Assembly: GCA_037447605.1 (NCBI GenBank)
Contig: CM074804.1
Location: forward strand, 6,487,909-6,551,908
From: Zygnema circumcarinatum SAG 698-1b
Lineage: Eukaryota > Plantae > Zygnematophyceae
DNA length: 64,000 nt
Reading direction: 5' to 3'
The position numbers and the translations under genes are program-made. The stretch's first letter is position 1; each line of letters opens with the position of its first letter. This document shows positions 24,735 through 37,083 of this stretch, in pieces. The notes under the pieces are model-generated. The model made no database searches. It saw only the letters and a program-made list of their open reading frames with translations, and was not told the origin of the DNA.

Positions 24735-26580
24735 AAGAATACGCACTTGAAATTCTTGTGTATCATGGTTTGAGTTGGCCGCAGTGTCAGGCCAGTATCG
24801 ACTGTATTGTCTCTCCTGTAAGATCTGGCTCTAAACTCGTATCTTGGTGTTCACTGTATTGTGAGGTCCTCATAGGATCCCACTGTTGTCTTCAGGCAGC
24901 CTAGCTGAATTGCTATGTGTGTTTCTGCAGGAGAGCTATTAACGGACGCTAGGCAGTATTTGAGGGAACCATTTTCAAAAGAAGCACTTTCTGCACAGGC
25001 GTTTTCTTTTGCTTCTGGAAAATGGTGAGAACTCGCCCTACGTGTCAAGGGAAGCTTACGCCACAGTGGTGGTAGTGGTCGTTCGCTAAGTTATGTGGAA
25101 ATTGGGGAAGGCGCCTTCCCTCCTCAGTTTATTTGCAAGGCTGATCTCCATACCCCATGTCGTAATCACGGAGAAGTGGTTGCATCTGTTTTGGTTCTAA
25201 GCTGGGGTCCTCTACATGGTTCAAGGATAAGTTATATGTGGTAAAAAAAATAAAAAAAAAGGTAGTCTCAGAAACAGTCAAGTCATGGTCCCAGTGCAGT
25301 CCTTCTGTGGATTCCGGGCGACGGAGCGAATTCCACAGCTCAGTCAGTTGTAGCATGGCAAGGGTCTGACTGTTGGGACCCTCAAGCCAGCAACATATTT
25401 TCCTGCGGGAAACTTGTAGCACTCCACGCTGGACTCTATGGCCCCAAGCCGAAGCCTTCTGCTCAGCTTTTGCCTCTCCCCACGCCTTCGCAGTGGTGTC
25501 TGTTGCTACAATGAGGCTTGCCACACCTTGGTCGTGTGATCATCCCCTCAGTGCTGGCAATATGTATCCGCACCACCCCCATTCTGAGCACCATGCATTC
25601 ATGTATGCAGGCTTGGCAGCTCGAGCTGTAATGAGACCACCTGGCAGGCGTAGGGTGTCAAGTGGTGTGTACAACAGGAAATGCCGAAGGTGGCAGATCT
25701 GAGAACAAGCCTTTTATCGTCTGTGTTTCTTGTCCTAAAACCGTATTCGGTATTTGTTGCGGTTAAACAGCCGAGATTGCTTCCACTTGGAACTGATGAG
25801 ATTCCTCAGAAATACGGGATGGTCGTTTATTTGATGGGGACGGAAGTGTGTCGGTGAGTTCCGCCAATTGGTGTCTGAGGGCACGGAGGAACGAGTTTAA
25901 GTCATTGGGATGATGTTGTTATTTTGTTGTGTTCTTTGCATGCAGGGTTTCATCGTCAGTGCCTTTCTTCAAGATCATGAGAGGCCCGCAGCCCGAGATA
26001 AGCGTCACTGGTTACTTCAGATTGTGCTACTCCATCTTTCTTGAGGGACACCTCTGATTTTCTTGTGGCGATGGTACGACTCACAACCTTACTTAATGCA
26101 AGGAAAGGTTGCATGGAAAGTGCTAGTTAGCATTGTATTTTTAGCGCATAGTTGCAATGGTGATTGGGCGGATGATTGACATTGAACGGCTTGGGCCAAA
26201 CACGCAATGCAACGTGCAACCTTGATTGCGGTTACAGAAAGTCGTACGCTATTTTGCAATCACGTTCACTATTGTAGCAGAATGCGGAATCGCATGTAAA
26301 CAGTTGTTTATATGCCATGTACACACTCCATTACGCTACGGGCAGCATTGAACAAGGATACACTGTGCATCACATGGGACTGTGGTGCCCAAAAATGTTT
26401 TCCTTTGTCAAGTACATGGCATGCTATGTGCCGACATGACAATAGAGGGTGTCAAACTTCACACCTCGGGAAGTAGAATTGGCATTGAACTCGCCGGGCA
26501 AGTCCAAGTACTCCCCAGACTCAGAACAACGTTCGGCGGAGACTCGTCGCCGGCGTTCTGACTCTGAGTGGCGGTCGTAC

Positions 26581-26760
26581 AACCATTGCCAATGGTTCGA
26601 ACCATGAGATTCAATGGTTGCCAACAATTGCCAATGGTATTGAATCATTTTTTTCAGACCAAAACAACCATTGGCAATGGTCGCAACCAAATGGTTGCCA
26701 ACCATTGTATTGTCCAACCATGATCCAATGGTTGTCCACTTGTTGCCGATCCAATGGTTC
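26581..26760. repeat. Degenerate array of the near-palindrome AACCATTG-C-CAATGGTT
   Basis: About 6-7 decaying copies of CCATTG/CAATGG half-sites. Confidence 0.7.
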
Positions 26761-27166
26761 GACGGTGAAATTTTGGTCGAGATTTGAATTTTGATCCAAT
26801 GGAATCAATCCAATCACAAGATAGTTACTCATTCAAAGACCGAGTTGCATCAAACCCTTGTAGATTCCATCCAAAGCTCTCTTTCTCAGTTCTATTTATC
26901 ATGAGTTACTCCAAATATCACTTTTTTGGAATCCATCATAGTTCAAACTTTCTCCCAAACAGAAATTCCAAATCATAACCTTCAAATGTCTGGGTTTAGT
27001 CACGAAAACAGAACTGAAATTGGAAATGAAATAAAAGTTGTTTATACTCCCTTGCTGTAGCTTCTAGGTTCAACAAAACGACGACTCTGAAACTGCTGCA
27101 AACTACTCGACAAGACCATGTACGAATCATGTACGGTCACGTACGGATGACGCTACAGTACTATTG

Positions 27167-27185
27167 GGTTTTTAGGGTTTTTAGA
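27167..27185 (-). repeat. Telomere-like motif cluster (gggtttttagggtttttta on +)
   Basis: Visible TTTTAGGG-type units flanked by GTAC-rich sequence. Confidence 0.6.
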
Positions 27186-27851
27186 CGACGCTTCTAACAA
27201 CGCTATTGTACTGTACTGTACTGTAGTACGAGCGATATCCGTACATGCTCGTAAATATCCCTCGTCCGTACATGCCTTATTCACGTGCTTTTTTCGAAAC
27301 CAATTTAAGGGACAATTGTAGCACAAGATAAGTGGGGTTAAGAGAAGACTGCTGAGCTAGTTGCAGGTGCTGTACGGCCACTCGCGCGTCCGTGCTGAAA
27401 CTAATGAAGGGTTGGGTTGGTGCTGTGGGTCTGCCTGCAGCATAGAGCCAGGATCCGGGAGATTCAGAGGTACGCGCAGCGGAAGACGTAGGGATTCTGA
27501 AGACGTTCCCACCGGCGGCTGGACTCGATGCGCAAAGGGCCCTTCCTTGAGGGCTCTCCTCCCCTGTCCTCTCCTCGGCTAGTCTCTTAGCTAGGCTTCT
27601 AGTGATCATTGGTCATTGAGAGTAATGCAAGGCAGGATAGAGTAGGATAGGGGCTTGGCATAGTGACAGCAAAGGGAAAACAGGACACAACTTAGATAAA
27701 GGTGGTATTTTGGAAACTCACCCCAGCCAGCGGTTGGCTGGGGAATGTCATTACAATGAAATTGTCTTCTCACTGAAATCTTTGTCTAACTGGGCTGAAT
27801 GGGACGTCTAAATGCTATCAGCAAGAAGACTCTTTCTCTCTCTCTCTCTCT

Positions 27852-27861
27852 NNNNNNNNNN
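27852..27861. other. Assembly gap (10 N) after a (TC)n microsatellite
   Basis: N run. Confidence 1.
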
Positions 27862-28623
27862 ACTACGTGGAGCCTTCGGATAGGTCAACGAATGATAATC
27901 GGCGGCCTTAGGCGGTGTTCCCGAGTGCGCCTTGCTGGATAGAGTGCCGTTCCGTGGACCGCCAACGCATGGCGCCGCCTTCTCTCAATCTCCGTTGGCA
28001 GCTCTTGGATTCCGTTGATCCGTGACACGGCAGAGGCATATGTCAAGTACAATTGAACTGACGCAAATCCGTCGAACGCAGCTCCGTTACGCTACACAAT
28101 CCATTGTTTTAGACCAGAGTCCCTTATTTAAAGAGGCAGCATCAACCGTACAGTACCACTAGTCGCGCATGAAGTGGTACGGACGGCCGCATGCCATGCC
28201 ATGCAGGCCCACCCCCCGCACATGCCCGCCAGAAGGGTCGCAGTGCCGTGGCGGGTGTCGGGCTGTCCACGTCGGCGCGGATGGTTGCGTGCGCTCCGTG
28301 GCCGCATGATGCCGTTACGACCGTACGAAGCATGTACGGACGTACCTGTCCCTGGGCCGGCCAGCCTGCTTCGGTGCGGTCCCGCCCGGTCCCGGCCCGG
28401 TCTCGGCCCGTCCGGTCCCGGCCCGTCGGATCTGCGGCGGCCCCCCCTACGCTCGCTTTGTCACCATCAGTGAGGTACGGTACGGTACGGCTGGGGGTGA
28501 GTGTCTGGCTGAGTGATAAGTGACGGCAGCACCGATAAAATCAATACTTCATCATTATTTTTTTTCGCATCCTCCCCGCCCCGGAGTGTGCCCAAGTGTG
28601 CACTCACTCCCTCACTCATTTGC

Positions 28624-28668
28624 GAACAAACAAACGAACGAACGAACGAACGAACGAACGAACGAACG
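28624..28668. repeat. (GAAC)n microsatellite
   Basis: About 9-10 tandem GAAC/AAAC units. Confidence 0.9.
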
Positions 28669-29291
28669 CATGCGCGGTCGGCAGCGCCTGTCCGGCTCGC
28701 TCCGCTCCGCTCAGCCCTGCGCCCTTCCCTCCCCTTCCACCCTGAGCCCCCTCCCCGTCGGACGGAGGGAGGTAGGGAGGGAGCCCCCGGGGCGCGAGCA
28801 AGCAAGCACGCACGCACGAGAAAGCCCTATTGACTTGTACGGTCGTTCGCCGTACTGTACCGCCCTGTCCCGCAAATACTGTACGGCGGAGACGGTACGG
28901 TACGGTGAGGGCCGGGCCATGCCGGCCAGGGGCACGGGCAGGCGCACGGGCAAGCGAACGGGCAGGTCGAAGGGAATTTTGAGCGCGGCGCGGCGCGGTG
29001 TCGCCGCGGCCGGTGTCCGGCGCGCATCCTGGCGCTTTTTTATTTCCAAAAATGGGCACGAGAGATGGTGCGTTGCTTGTCGGGCGTCGCGCTTTTCTGC
29101 CGCTCCACGACACGCGGCGCGCAGCACGGGGAGGGCCTGCCTGCCGCCCGCCCGCCCGGCACGTGGGGTTGTCGTTGTTGGGCGAGGCGTTGCTTGAGGC
29201 AGACAGACATGGCGGGCGGGCGGGCGGGCGGCCGGGCGGGCTGCCGCCAACGTGATGGGAATACAGCGGCTGGCTGCGCCTCGTGCCATGG

Positions 29292-29417
29292 ATGGATGGA
29301 TGCATGGATGTGATGGATGGATGCATGGATGTGATGGATGGATGCATGGATGTGATGGATGGATGCATGGATGTGATGGATGGATGCATGGATGTGATGG
29401 ATGGATGCATGGATGTG
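29292..29417. repeat. 21-bp minisatellite, 6 copies (ATGGATGGATGCATGGATGTG)
   Basis: Six exact units; produces the ITSMHPS / DGWMHGC ORF repeats. Confidence 0.95.
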
Positions 29418-30346
29418 ATGGCCATCCGCGCGCTTAGTTGAGGCTGACTGACTGACTGACTGCGCTGTGGCCGGTTCACAAGGGCCAGCGTCGAGCCAGT
29501 TATCGATTCAACATCACGTCCAACATAACCGACTTCAGTAAATGCGCCATGTTAAGAATGCGGATCGGCACGATCTGAGCCGTCCAATGCACTCCCGCGG
29601 ACCACGCCGTCGATTCCTACTGACTAGGCGCTTCTAGGCGACTCTTCAAATGTGTACTTTTTCCAAATGTTGATGAGGCTCGGAGCCAGCTCCCAATTGA
29701 ACTTATGCCAGGAAACGATTCTCGATCAATGCCACATCGTTTCCACATTATTGTCGTTAGTCCAAGAGGGAGAGACATGAGATTTGAGACTCCAATAGGG
29801 GAAGTCAGACCTTTGACCATCGCCAAATCAATTTCGTAAGCCTGTCGAATGGTTTGGCCTTTAGAAAACTTTCGCAACTTTTTAACTGCCCTTTTTTGTC
29901 CCTCGGTGGCAAAATGTGGTCTGCGAACGGGCAAAGAAAAGTTTTGTGAAAATTTGGGTGGCGGGCGATCGTGTACGGCGCCTGTACGGCCCTTGTACGG
30001 CCTGGTGCGCTGCGCCGGGAGAGAGGGGGAGGCCAGCCACGCGCGGTGGTGTGCGTAGGACGGGGCGGTGGAGAGCGGGCGGGCACAGGCCATGGCGGGC
30101 TCTCTGGAGGGGCGCCGAGCAGACCAGCCGCGGCGGAACTCGTCCAGGAAATGAGAGAAATGAGCTTCTTCAGCAGCCGACTCTAGATTTACAACTAAAT
30201 TGGAGTTATCTGCAGCATAGAGTGGACGGAATTCCTGGACGAGAAGGTTAAGGCAGGCACTTTTTTCTGTGAGGGACACGCCAGTGCGTTTGCGCTGTAG
30301 ATCTGCCGGACTCCAAGACTTGTCTAGCGAGAGTGTGGTCGCAGCA

Positions 30347-33300
30347 ATGAGGACCAGCTTGTCGCAGTCGAGCGGCGGCTTGAGGAGCTCCGGGAAGTCG
30401 CAGGAGAGGATTTCAAAAACAGAGATGAGGCGCCGTAAAGTCGTATCGCGCCTTGTTTTCATTGCGCTTGCAGCGGCGGTGCTCTTCTACTGGCATGGAC
30501 CCAGCATCTCAAGCCACACAAGGTGAGACGGGTCTATGGTAGAATAATGGCACGGCATGGAATATTGCCATGCCATGACTATTGGTGTCTGACGAGTACG
30601 ACCAGTACTCTTTCGAGTTCTGGAATAGAATTTATCTCCTTTCAAATGCAGCAGATATAGATCACTGTCGTCTGTCCAGTTGGATATTTATATTGATGTT
30701 TTATTCATTTGATGGCAAGGCAAGTTTTTGATGGAAACCCTAGTTTACGAGTGAGATCTTTGATTATGCTCCTGTCTAGTTGCCTCCAAACGTACACTGG
30801 CGGGTTTTCTGAATCCAAAGCATTTTTTTTTCTGGTTAGCCCATTTTGTAATCGACTGGCTTGGTTGGTGGACATGCCTGTCCAAGAAGGCGATTGAATT
30901 TGGAGTTCTCCTTGATCTTACTCTTGAATTCGTTTGGGAGGGGATGTCGAATGTGCAGTATGCTTAATGCGTATTCATATGCAACATCGGAGGCAGACGT
31001 CAAGCACATGGATACTACCAGAAAACTGCAAACAACTAACTCTGTAGATGAATCGGCTGAGAAACAAGAGCGCAAAGAAGTAGTCCCAGCGATTGTGTTA
31101 CCCAATTCAGAAGATAATCCAAAAATTACAGGAAACTCTGACAACAAGGAAGTAGGAAAAAGCATCCCGAAGCTACATGACGTTGTCTATAAGACGCCTT
31201 TAGATAAGCTTGCAAGCGATGCGTGGGCAGGAGGAGAGATTGCACTGAGGGAGGCGGAAAAGGAGAGGGCGCTGCTGGTTGAAAGAGCGAAGGCATGGGA
31301 TGAGAAAACGGACTCGTGGGGTGACAAGCTTGAAACCTGCAAAGTCTCCATCGTGATGTCAGGAGATGACATCCGTGCAGCAGGAGGAATTGTAAACTTA
31401 CCATGTGGGCTGTCCATTGGCTCCTCCTTCACATTTACGGGAGTTGTTGCCAGGGATGCGTCGGACACGTCAGAGAAGGGCTTGGGGTTCATTGTTGAGT
31501 TGCAGGTGAGATGTGAGTCGGACTTGGCCTGGTGATACTGTACCGTTTCGCCTTAATGGCGTCCTCTTTCTGCTACCAACGTGCATCATGTTAGCTGTTC
31601 GATTCTGAATGGAACAATGTTTCATCCATGCATTGTCTCTGTTGTTTTGTACTGCCGTTTCTATCTTTCATTAGTTCTTATTTGGGGGGAATGTATTTTT
31701 ACGCCCATTGCTGACTTTTTGTCTATTTGTTTTCCTTCATGCAAGAGGTTGTCGTTATAAGTTAACTCATTTTCCGACAAGCACTTTGACATGCTCCATT
31801 GCCCCATTCTCGTCTCAGCTTTCTTCTTCAGTACCCGCCCGTTCCTCCTCTAAACGCTTGCTTGTGGCTATTATTGTGCAAGTGTTCAGGGTCTGCCTGT
31901 GGTAGATGGTGAAGATGCTCCTCGAATTCTCCATCTGAATCCCCGTGTCACCGGCGATTGGAGTGGCCGTCCTGTCATAGAGCATAACACCTTTTACCGC
32001 AACAAGTGGGACACTGCTCAGAGGTGTGACGGAACTCCGTCAACTGCAGATGAGGAGAAAGGTGGGTGTCACTCATTCTCTTTACAATGGAGAGGCGAGA
32101 TTATCCACCCACGGACGTCAAGTGTTCTTGTTTCCAGCAGGAAGTATGTGAATACTAGTTCCATAGCAGATTTATTCACCCAATTTTGTCCATTTCTTTA
32201 AAAGGATTATTGTTTTGAACCGTGGACATATCGACTACGGAATTACTCGTTCTTATGCTGCTGACCAATCTGTCCTGCTCGGGATTTGGACGTGCTGCTT
32301 CAGTCGACGGTTTACCTTGGTGCGAGCATTGGACCCAGGGGGAGCAAGCCTATCAGAAATCTGGAAAGTCGTCAGGATGGCTACAGCGCCTTATTCATAA
32401 CTCGAAGGAAGAGAAGATGGAGTGGTCTTATCCATTCCACGTTGATCGAATGTTTGTTCTCACTGTGCGGGCCGGCTTCGAGGGTTTCCATGTGTCGGTG
32501 GATGGTCTCCACGTCACCTCCTTTCCTTACCGCTCGGTGAGTTGTTATGCTCTGAATTTGTTCTCGCACAATGAAACCAATGATTCAATTCTCTGATTAG
32601 TTGCTTCAATGCACCTCCTGACTCTAGAGGGTTATTGCAGCTTTTGTTAGTTGCTTGATGAATGTGCTTCTTTCAAGCAAATTGATGTACAAAAGCTTTG
32701 AAACTCTGTGTTTCTACCGTCAGAGATCCCTTTCTTCAGCCCTACCGTTTCATCGGCTCTGTTGCGGTGTGTGCAGAAGTACATGGTGGAGGAGGCCATT
32801 GGTATCCACCTCGGCGGTGATATCACAGTGGAGTCTTTTACCGGAACATCTCTCCCTCTCGACCCTCCTCTGAAGCGCGCTGTTCTTGAGAAGTCGGACC
32901 ACTACAAGGCTCCGCCTTTGAAGGAGGGCCCCTTGGACCTGTTCATTGGCGTTCTTTCAGCGAGTACTTACTTTTCGGAACGGTTGGCAGTGCGAAAGAC
33001 ATGGCTTCAATACCCCATTGTTCGGTCAGGGGGAGTGGTTGTACGCTTCTTTATTGGCTTGGTAAGCATGTTGTGTCTGTGCCCAGCCGCCATCCTTTTG
33101 GGCTTTTCTCAGTGCCACTTCAGCAAAGGCAATATTACCCTTCAAAGAGAAACTATAGTTGTATGCAGCATTTCATCTGCGCGCAGGAAGAGAAATCTAT
33201 CAGAATGGCAGTTGCTGGTGAATGATGACGAGCAGGGGGCAGTTTCAGTAACTGCTGTAGCACTTCTCATGGAATTTTATTTCCTCTATGGAAGACAAGG

Positions 33301-35730
33301 GCAGCATGAGCTGTGCAAGTTTAGTCGGGAAAATGGTTCCCAGTCTTCCAGAGAGTTTGAAAGGAACATTCGAATAACAGAAATGTGCAAAACAAACAAG
33401 CAAGCAAGCAAGCAATGTGCATTACCGAAGAGTCTGACCCTGACGTCGTATGTCTCCCTGTGAGGCCTGTATATATAAGTTTTCTTAAGTCGCTCCTATC
33501 TCCTAAGAACCTTCGCCAAAAAAATGCGATTTCAGTGCTGGAGGGATTTCTGTCCGGATTCATTGTGTAGGAAGAGGGTGTGGCACAAAATGTACTCATG
33601 TGTAAGAAACTGAAAGATTGTCTCAAGTAGTGGAACCTGGACTAGGCAAGGATTGTGGCACCTATCTGACATTCAGGGGATCTACCATCTCTGCGTGTCT
33701 TTGAGAGTAACCTTCTGATGTGAGGAGCTTTGAGTGATGCCGCGCATCTAACGCCGGGTGAATGAAAACTGCTTTCCATGCAGCATCCAAGCAAGCAGGT
33801 GAATGTGGAGGCCATTAAGGAGAGGGATTTTTACGGGGACATGGTTATTGTGCCATTTATTGACCAGTACGATCTAGTCGTGCTAAAGAGTATTGCCATC
33901 TGCGAATGGGGGGTATGTCATCTATTGCAGCCCTATCTCTTTTTTTAGAAAAATTGTTTCATAGGCTGATTTGGACACTTCAATGTTGTTTTTCGGAAGG
34001 TTTTTGTCATTGGAGCTACTCCAAGCTGTGTTGGTACTGTGTAATTGCGATGTAAGCATCTTCTGCGCCTCAAAAGAATTACACTATGTATTTTCCTTCA
34101 GCGTCTTTCTTTTGCACGCTGGCAGCTGTGTCTGCAAATGAAGTCAGCAAACCCTCTACAGAACATACTAATGAGCTGGGCACATCTGAGATGAAGTTCA
34201 GTAAGCCATGGTATTCCTGTCTTCTCCCGGTTCTACTCGCATCTATACACATCTGGCTTCAGAGCAGTTTTTGGAGCACTTATATTTGTAGAAACTGTTT
34301 AGCATATGTATGCCAGAAGTATTTACTGTCTCTGCCAAAGAGTCGTCAAGCTCTTTTTATGCTCTATTCATTGTAGGTTTTATGTCGCCGTTCCATCTGG
34401 AATGTTGCAGATTAAGAACACCAATGCGAAGTACATCATGAAGGCAGATGATGACAACTTTGTTCGAATTGGACGCGTGCTGGTGAACATCCGCCATGTT
34501 AACCATGTGGACGGCCTCTACATGGGCTCCATGAACGAGTTCCATCGTCCACTTCGTTCTGGGAAGTGGGCTGTCACATACGAGGTGGGGTTTAAAGGGG
34601 GAAGGGAGGAGGGACGTTTGTTGATGGGTAGGATTTCGGAAGCCAGTCGAGAAGGGGAGTGATAGAGGGCCCCTGACTAGCGTTAGTAGGGACTTTTTGT
34701 GAGAGTCCAATTGGAGTTCTGGAAAGGAGGAGCCAGGTGATCACATCAGAAGCATAGCCGTCGACTCTGGTAATCTTGCATGTTAGTCATCGATATTTGA
34801 ATGTATGCAATCATGTATATTCATAGCTCTTTTATATGTTCTTGAAGTTTCTAGACTTGAGTATTTTGAGTATGATCTGAGATACTGAATATCATGTTGG
34901 ATATGTATGCAGGAATGGCCAGAGAAGGCTTACCCCCCATATGCAAATGGACCCGGATACATCCTCAGCCGCGATGTAGCAGCTTTTATTGTTAACTTGA
35001 AAGATCGAGGATTCTTACGTGTAAGTTCCCTTTCCTGAGCTCATCTTTGCCACCACCCGTTGTCTCGTATTTTTTTTGTGTGGACCCTTTTTGCAGCAGT
35101 TGCCACCACCTTTGTACTATTGTCCCACTGCTTCCACTGCAGCTATCCATCATGAGTACTGCTGTCTCTCCTATGCTAATTTTTTCGAAGTTTCTGGAAG
35201 GCATTGTTTTCCCTTTTATCGCTTTACTATTCCTCTTGCTCGCCCTTTGTTTTTACTTTCACTTCCATTCTCTAGCATGGTTAGCCACCTTCCCTCTCAC
35301 CCCTCATAGTCCCCCCTGTGGTAGCCCGTCTCTTCTTGTTCATGTCTGCATTGTCCCCTCTGCTAAAACTCCCTTTTTGTTGTCTGTCTGCCTTTCTCTC
35401 GCCTCACTCTCACTCGTCTTTCCTTGTCCTTTCCTTCTACTTCAGTGGTTTTTTTTGTCTTCTACTGCCTTGTTTATGGATGCCCTGGGTCTCTGGCACT
35501 AAGAGCATTTGTTGATGTGGCTACAGCTATTCAAGATGGAAGACGTGAGTGTCGGCATGTGGGTTGTACAGTACGGCGTCAACAAGACTGTGCATTACAT
35601 TCACAACTGGAAATTCACTCAGTTTGGCTGCATGGAGGACTACATCACAGCCCACTACCAGGCCCCCAAACAGATGTTCTGCTTGTGGAGCAAACTGCAG
35701 CGCGGAGACTCCACTTGCTGCGATGCATAA
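30347..35730 (+). CDS. GALT: Hydroxyproline O-galactosyltransferase (GT31, galectin + GalT domains; GALT2-6 type)
   Basis: Exons: 30347-30522 (signal-anchor [15 protein letters not shown]), 30959-31505 (LPCGLSIGS), 31890-32061 ([23 protein letters not shown]), 32304-32536, 32777-33061 ([17 protein letters not shown]), 33784-33912, 34411-34584 (YIMKADDD), 34913-35020 ([10 protein letters not shown]), 35527-35730 ([13 protein letters not shown]...TAHYQAP). Confidence 0.95.
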
Positions 35731-37083
35731 ATTATGGATTAGTCATTTTCACGCCGTACTGCATGGAGTCACTTTGGAATAGGACTGAGGTGCATCAATT
35801 CTGCAGACATGCCTGTGCTTATCATCGTCAGCCTTAGCGCTTTATCTGAAGCTCTGGGAATGTTCTGGGGACTTGAATATCACAGTTGTTAATTTATAAA
35901 GATTGGACCGTTTGCGAGTTTTCTTTCAAGGGCAAAAGAAGGGTGTTTCAGATTGTCCAACCCTTTGAGCCTCGAGTTTGTAACCAGAGGGTAAGGTGTG
36001 GTCTGTAGCGGTTAGAGGTGTAATGTTGCACTATATGTCATAGTCGGGCTACGCAAATAGAATATGTTCGAACTGGCTGCATTCAAATCGTTTGATTCTT
36101 TAGTAGCCGTCGTGTTTTAGTTATGAATTTGTAGCTTCTCTAGCGTTTTCTTTTATTTGTTCGAATGTTCACCACTCGTCAGTGTGGGCGGCGCTGATTG
36201 TGGACGATACCCGACAACACTACTAGTTAGAAAAATGAGTTGACCTGACGCAGTTTGGCGCGACTAAGGCCGTGCAGTATAATCATTGGGAGACGACCAA
36301 CGATTGGCCACGACGTGTGCACCCTAACAAAGTTACTGTCAATGTAATGCATAGAGCAAGGACATCGGTGATTATATCATGCTCACAATGATCTAACGAT
36401 GACCACACTTTACTGAGGTTGTACGGCAACTAACGAAGGTAACAAAGGCCACAGTCGGGAGAACCAAGGATGAATAAATTTAAACATCTGCATTGATGCA
36501 CTCTGCAGAATTATGAAGCTTTCCTCTCCTTCTTTGTAGAATAGACACTAATCTCACATAGATTTCCACTTAGCATGGACGTTTTGAGTACTCTCAAGTA
36601 CTTATCACGATTTTGAGTGCTCCAATGGTGGTCTGCAAAACTTGACCTCCTGGTGTGTGACCTAAGCGAGCTCGAACAAATGACTCGACCATCCTGCAAG
36701 AGAGTGAGAAGGAGCTAACTTTCCCACTCGTAAGCCGTCAATGCCCTCCACACACCTATGCCAACGCCGCGTTCATGTCGACTATCAGTACACAAAACCT
36801 GTGGTGCGTTCTATAATCGGGAAAGAAAATTCAGAGGGTGGCCGCCCAGAGCAAGGCGCTAAAAACAAATAAGAGCCACCGGTGCTTGTACAGGGGCATA
36901 AGGGGGGATCTCAATTGAGAGACTGAAAAATATCCTACCTGCGGAACAGAAGGAGAAGGCAGTAATACAGACAAAAGCTGTTGGTAAACTTCAAGCTAAT
37001 TGACATGCAACGATTTGAAACCCTCAGAGCTTCAGCTTTCAAAACAAGAGGAAGGGCAAACTCCCTTCCGTAAACTCGACAAC

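Noticed and set aside
25129-25702. ORFs downstream of PIG-Q on both strands
   Set aside because: No homology recognised and no consistent exon chain.
28142-29479. Many long Arg/Pro/Ala-rich ORFs in all six frames
   Set aside because: Explained by high GC content and simple repeats; no codon or domain signal.
29617-30462. 281-aa minus-strand ORF overlapping the GALT 5' end
   Set aside because: No recognisable domain. It is mostly the antisense of GALT exon 1 and its GC-rich promoter, where long ORFs arise by chance.
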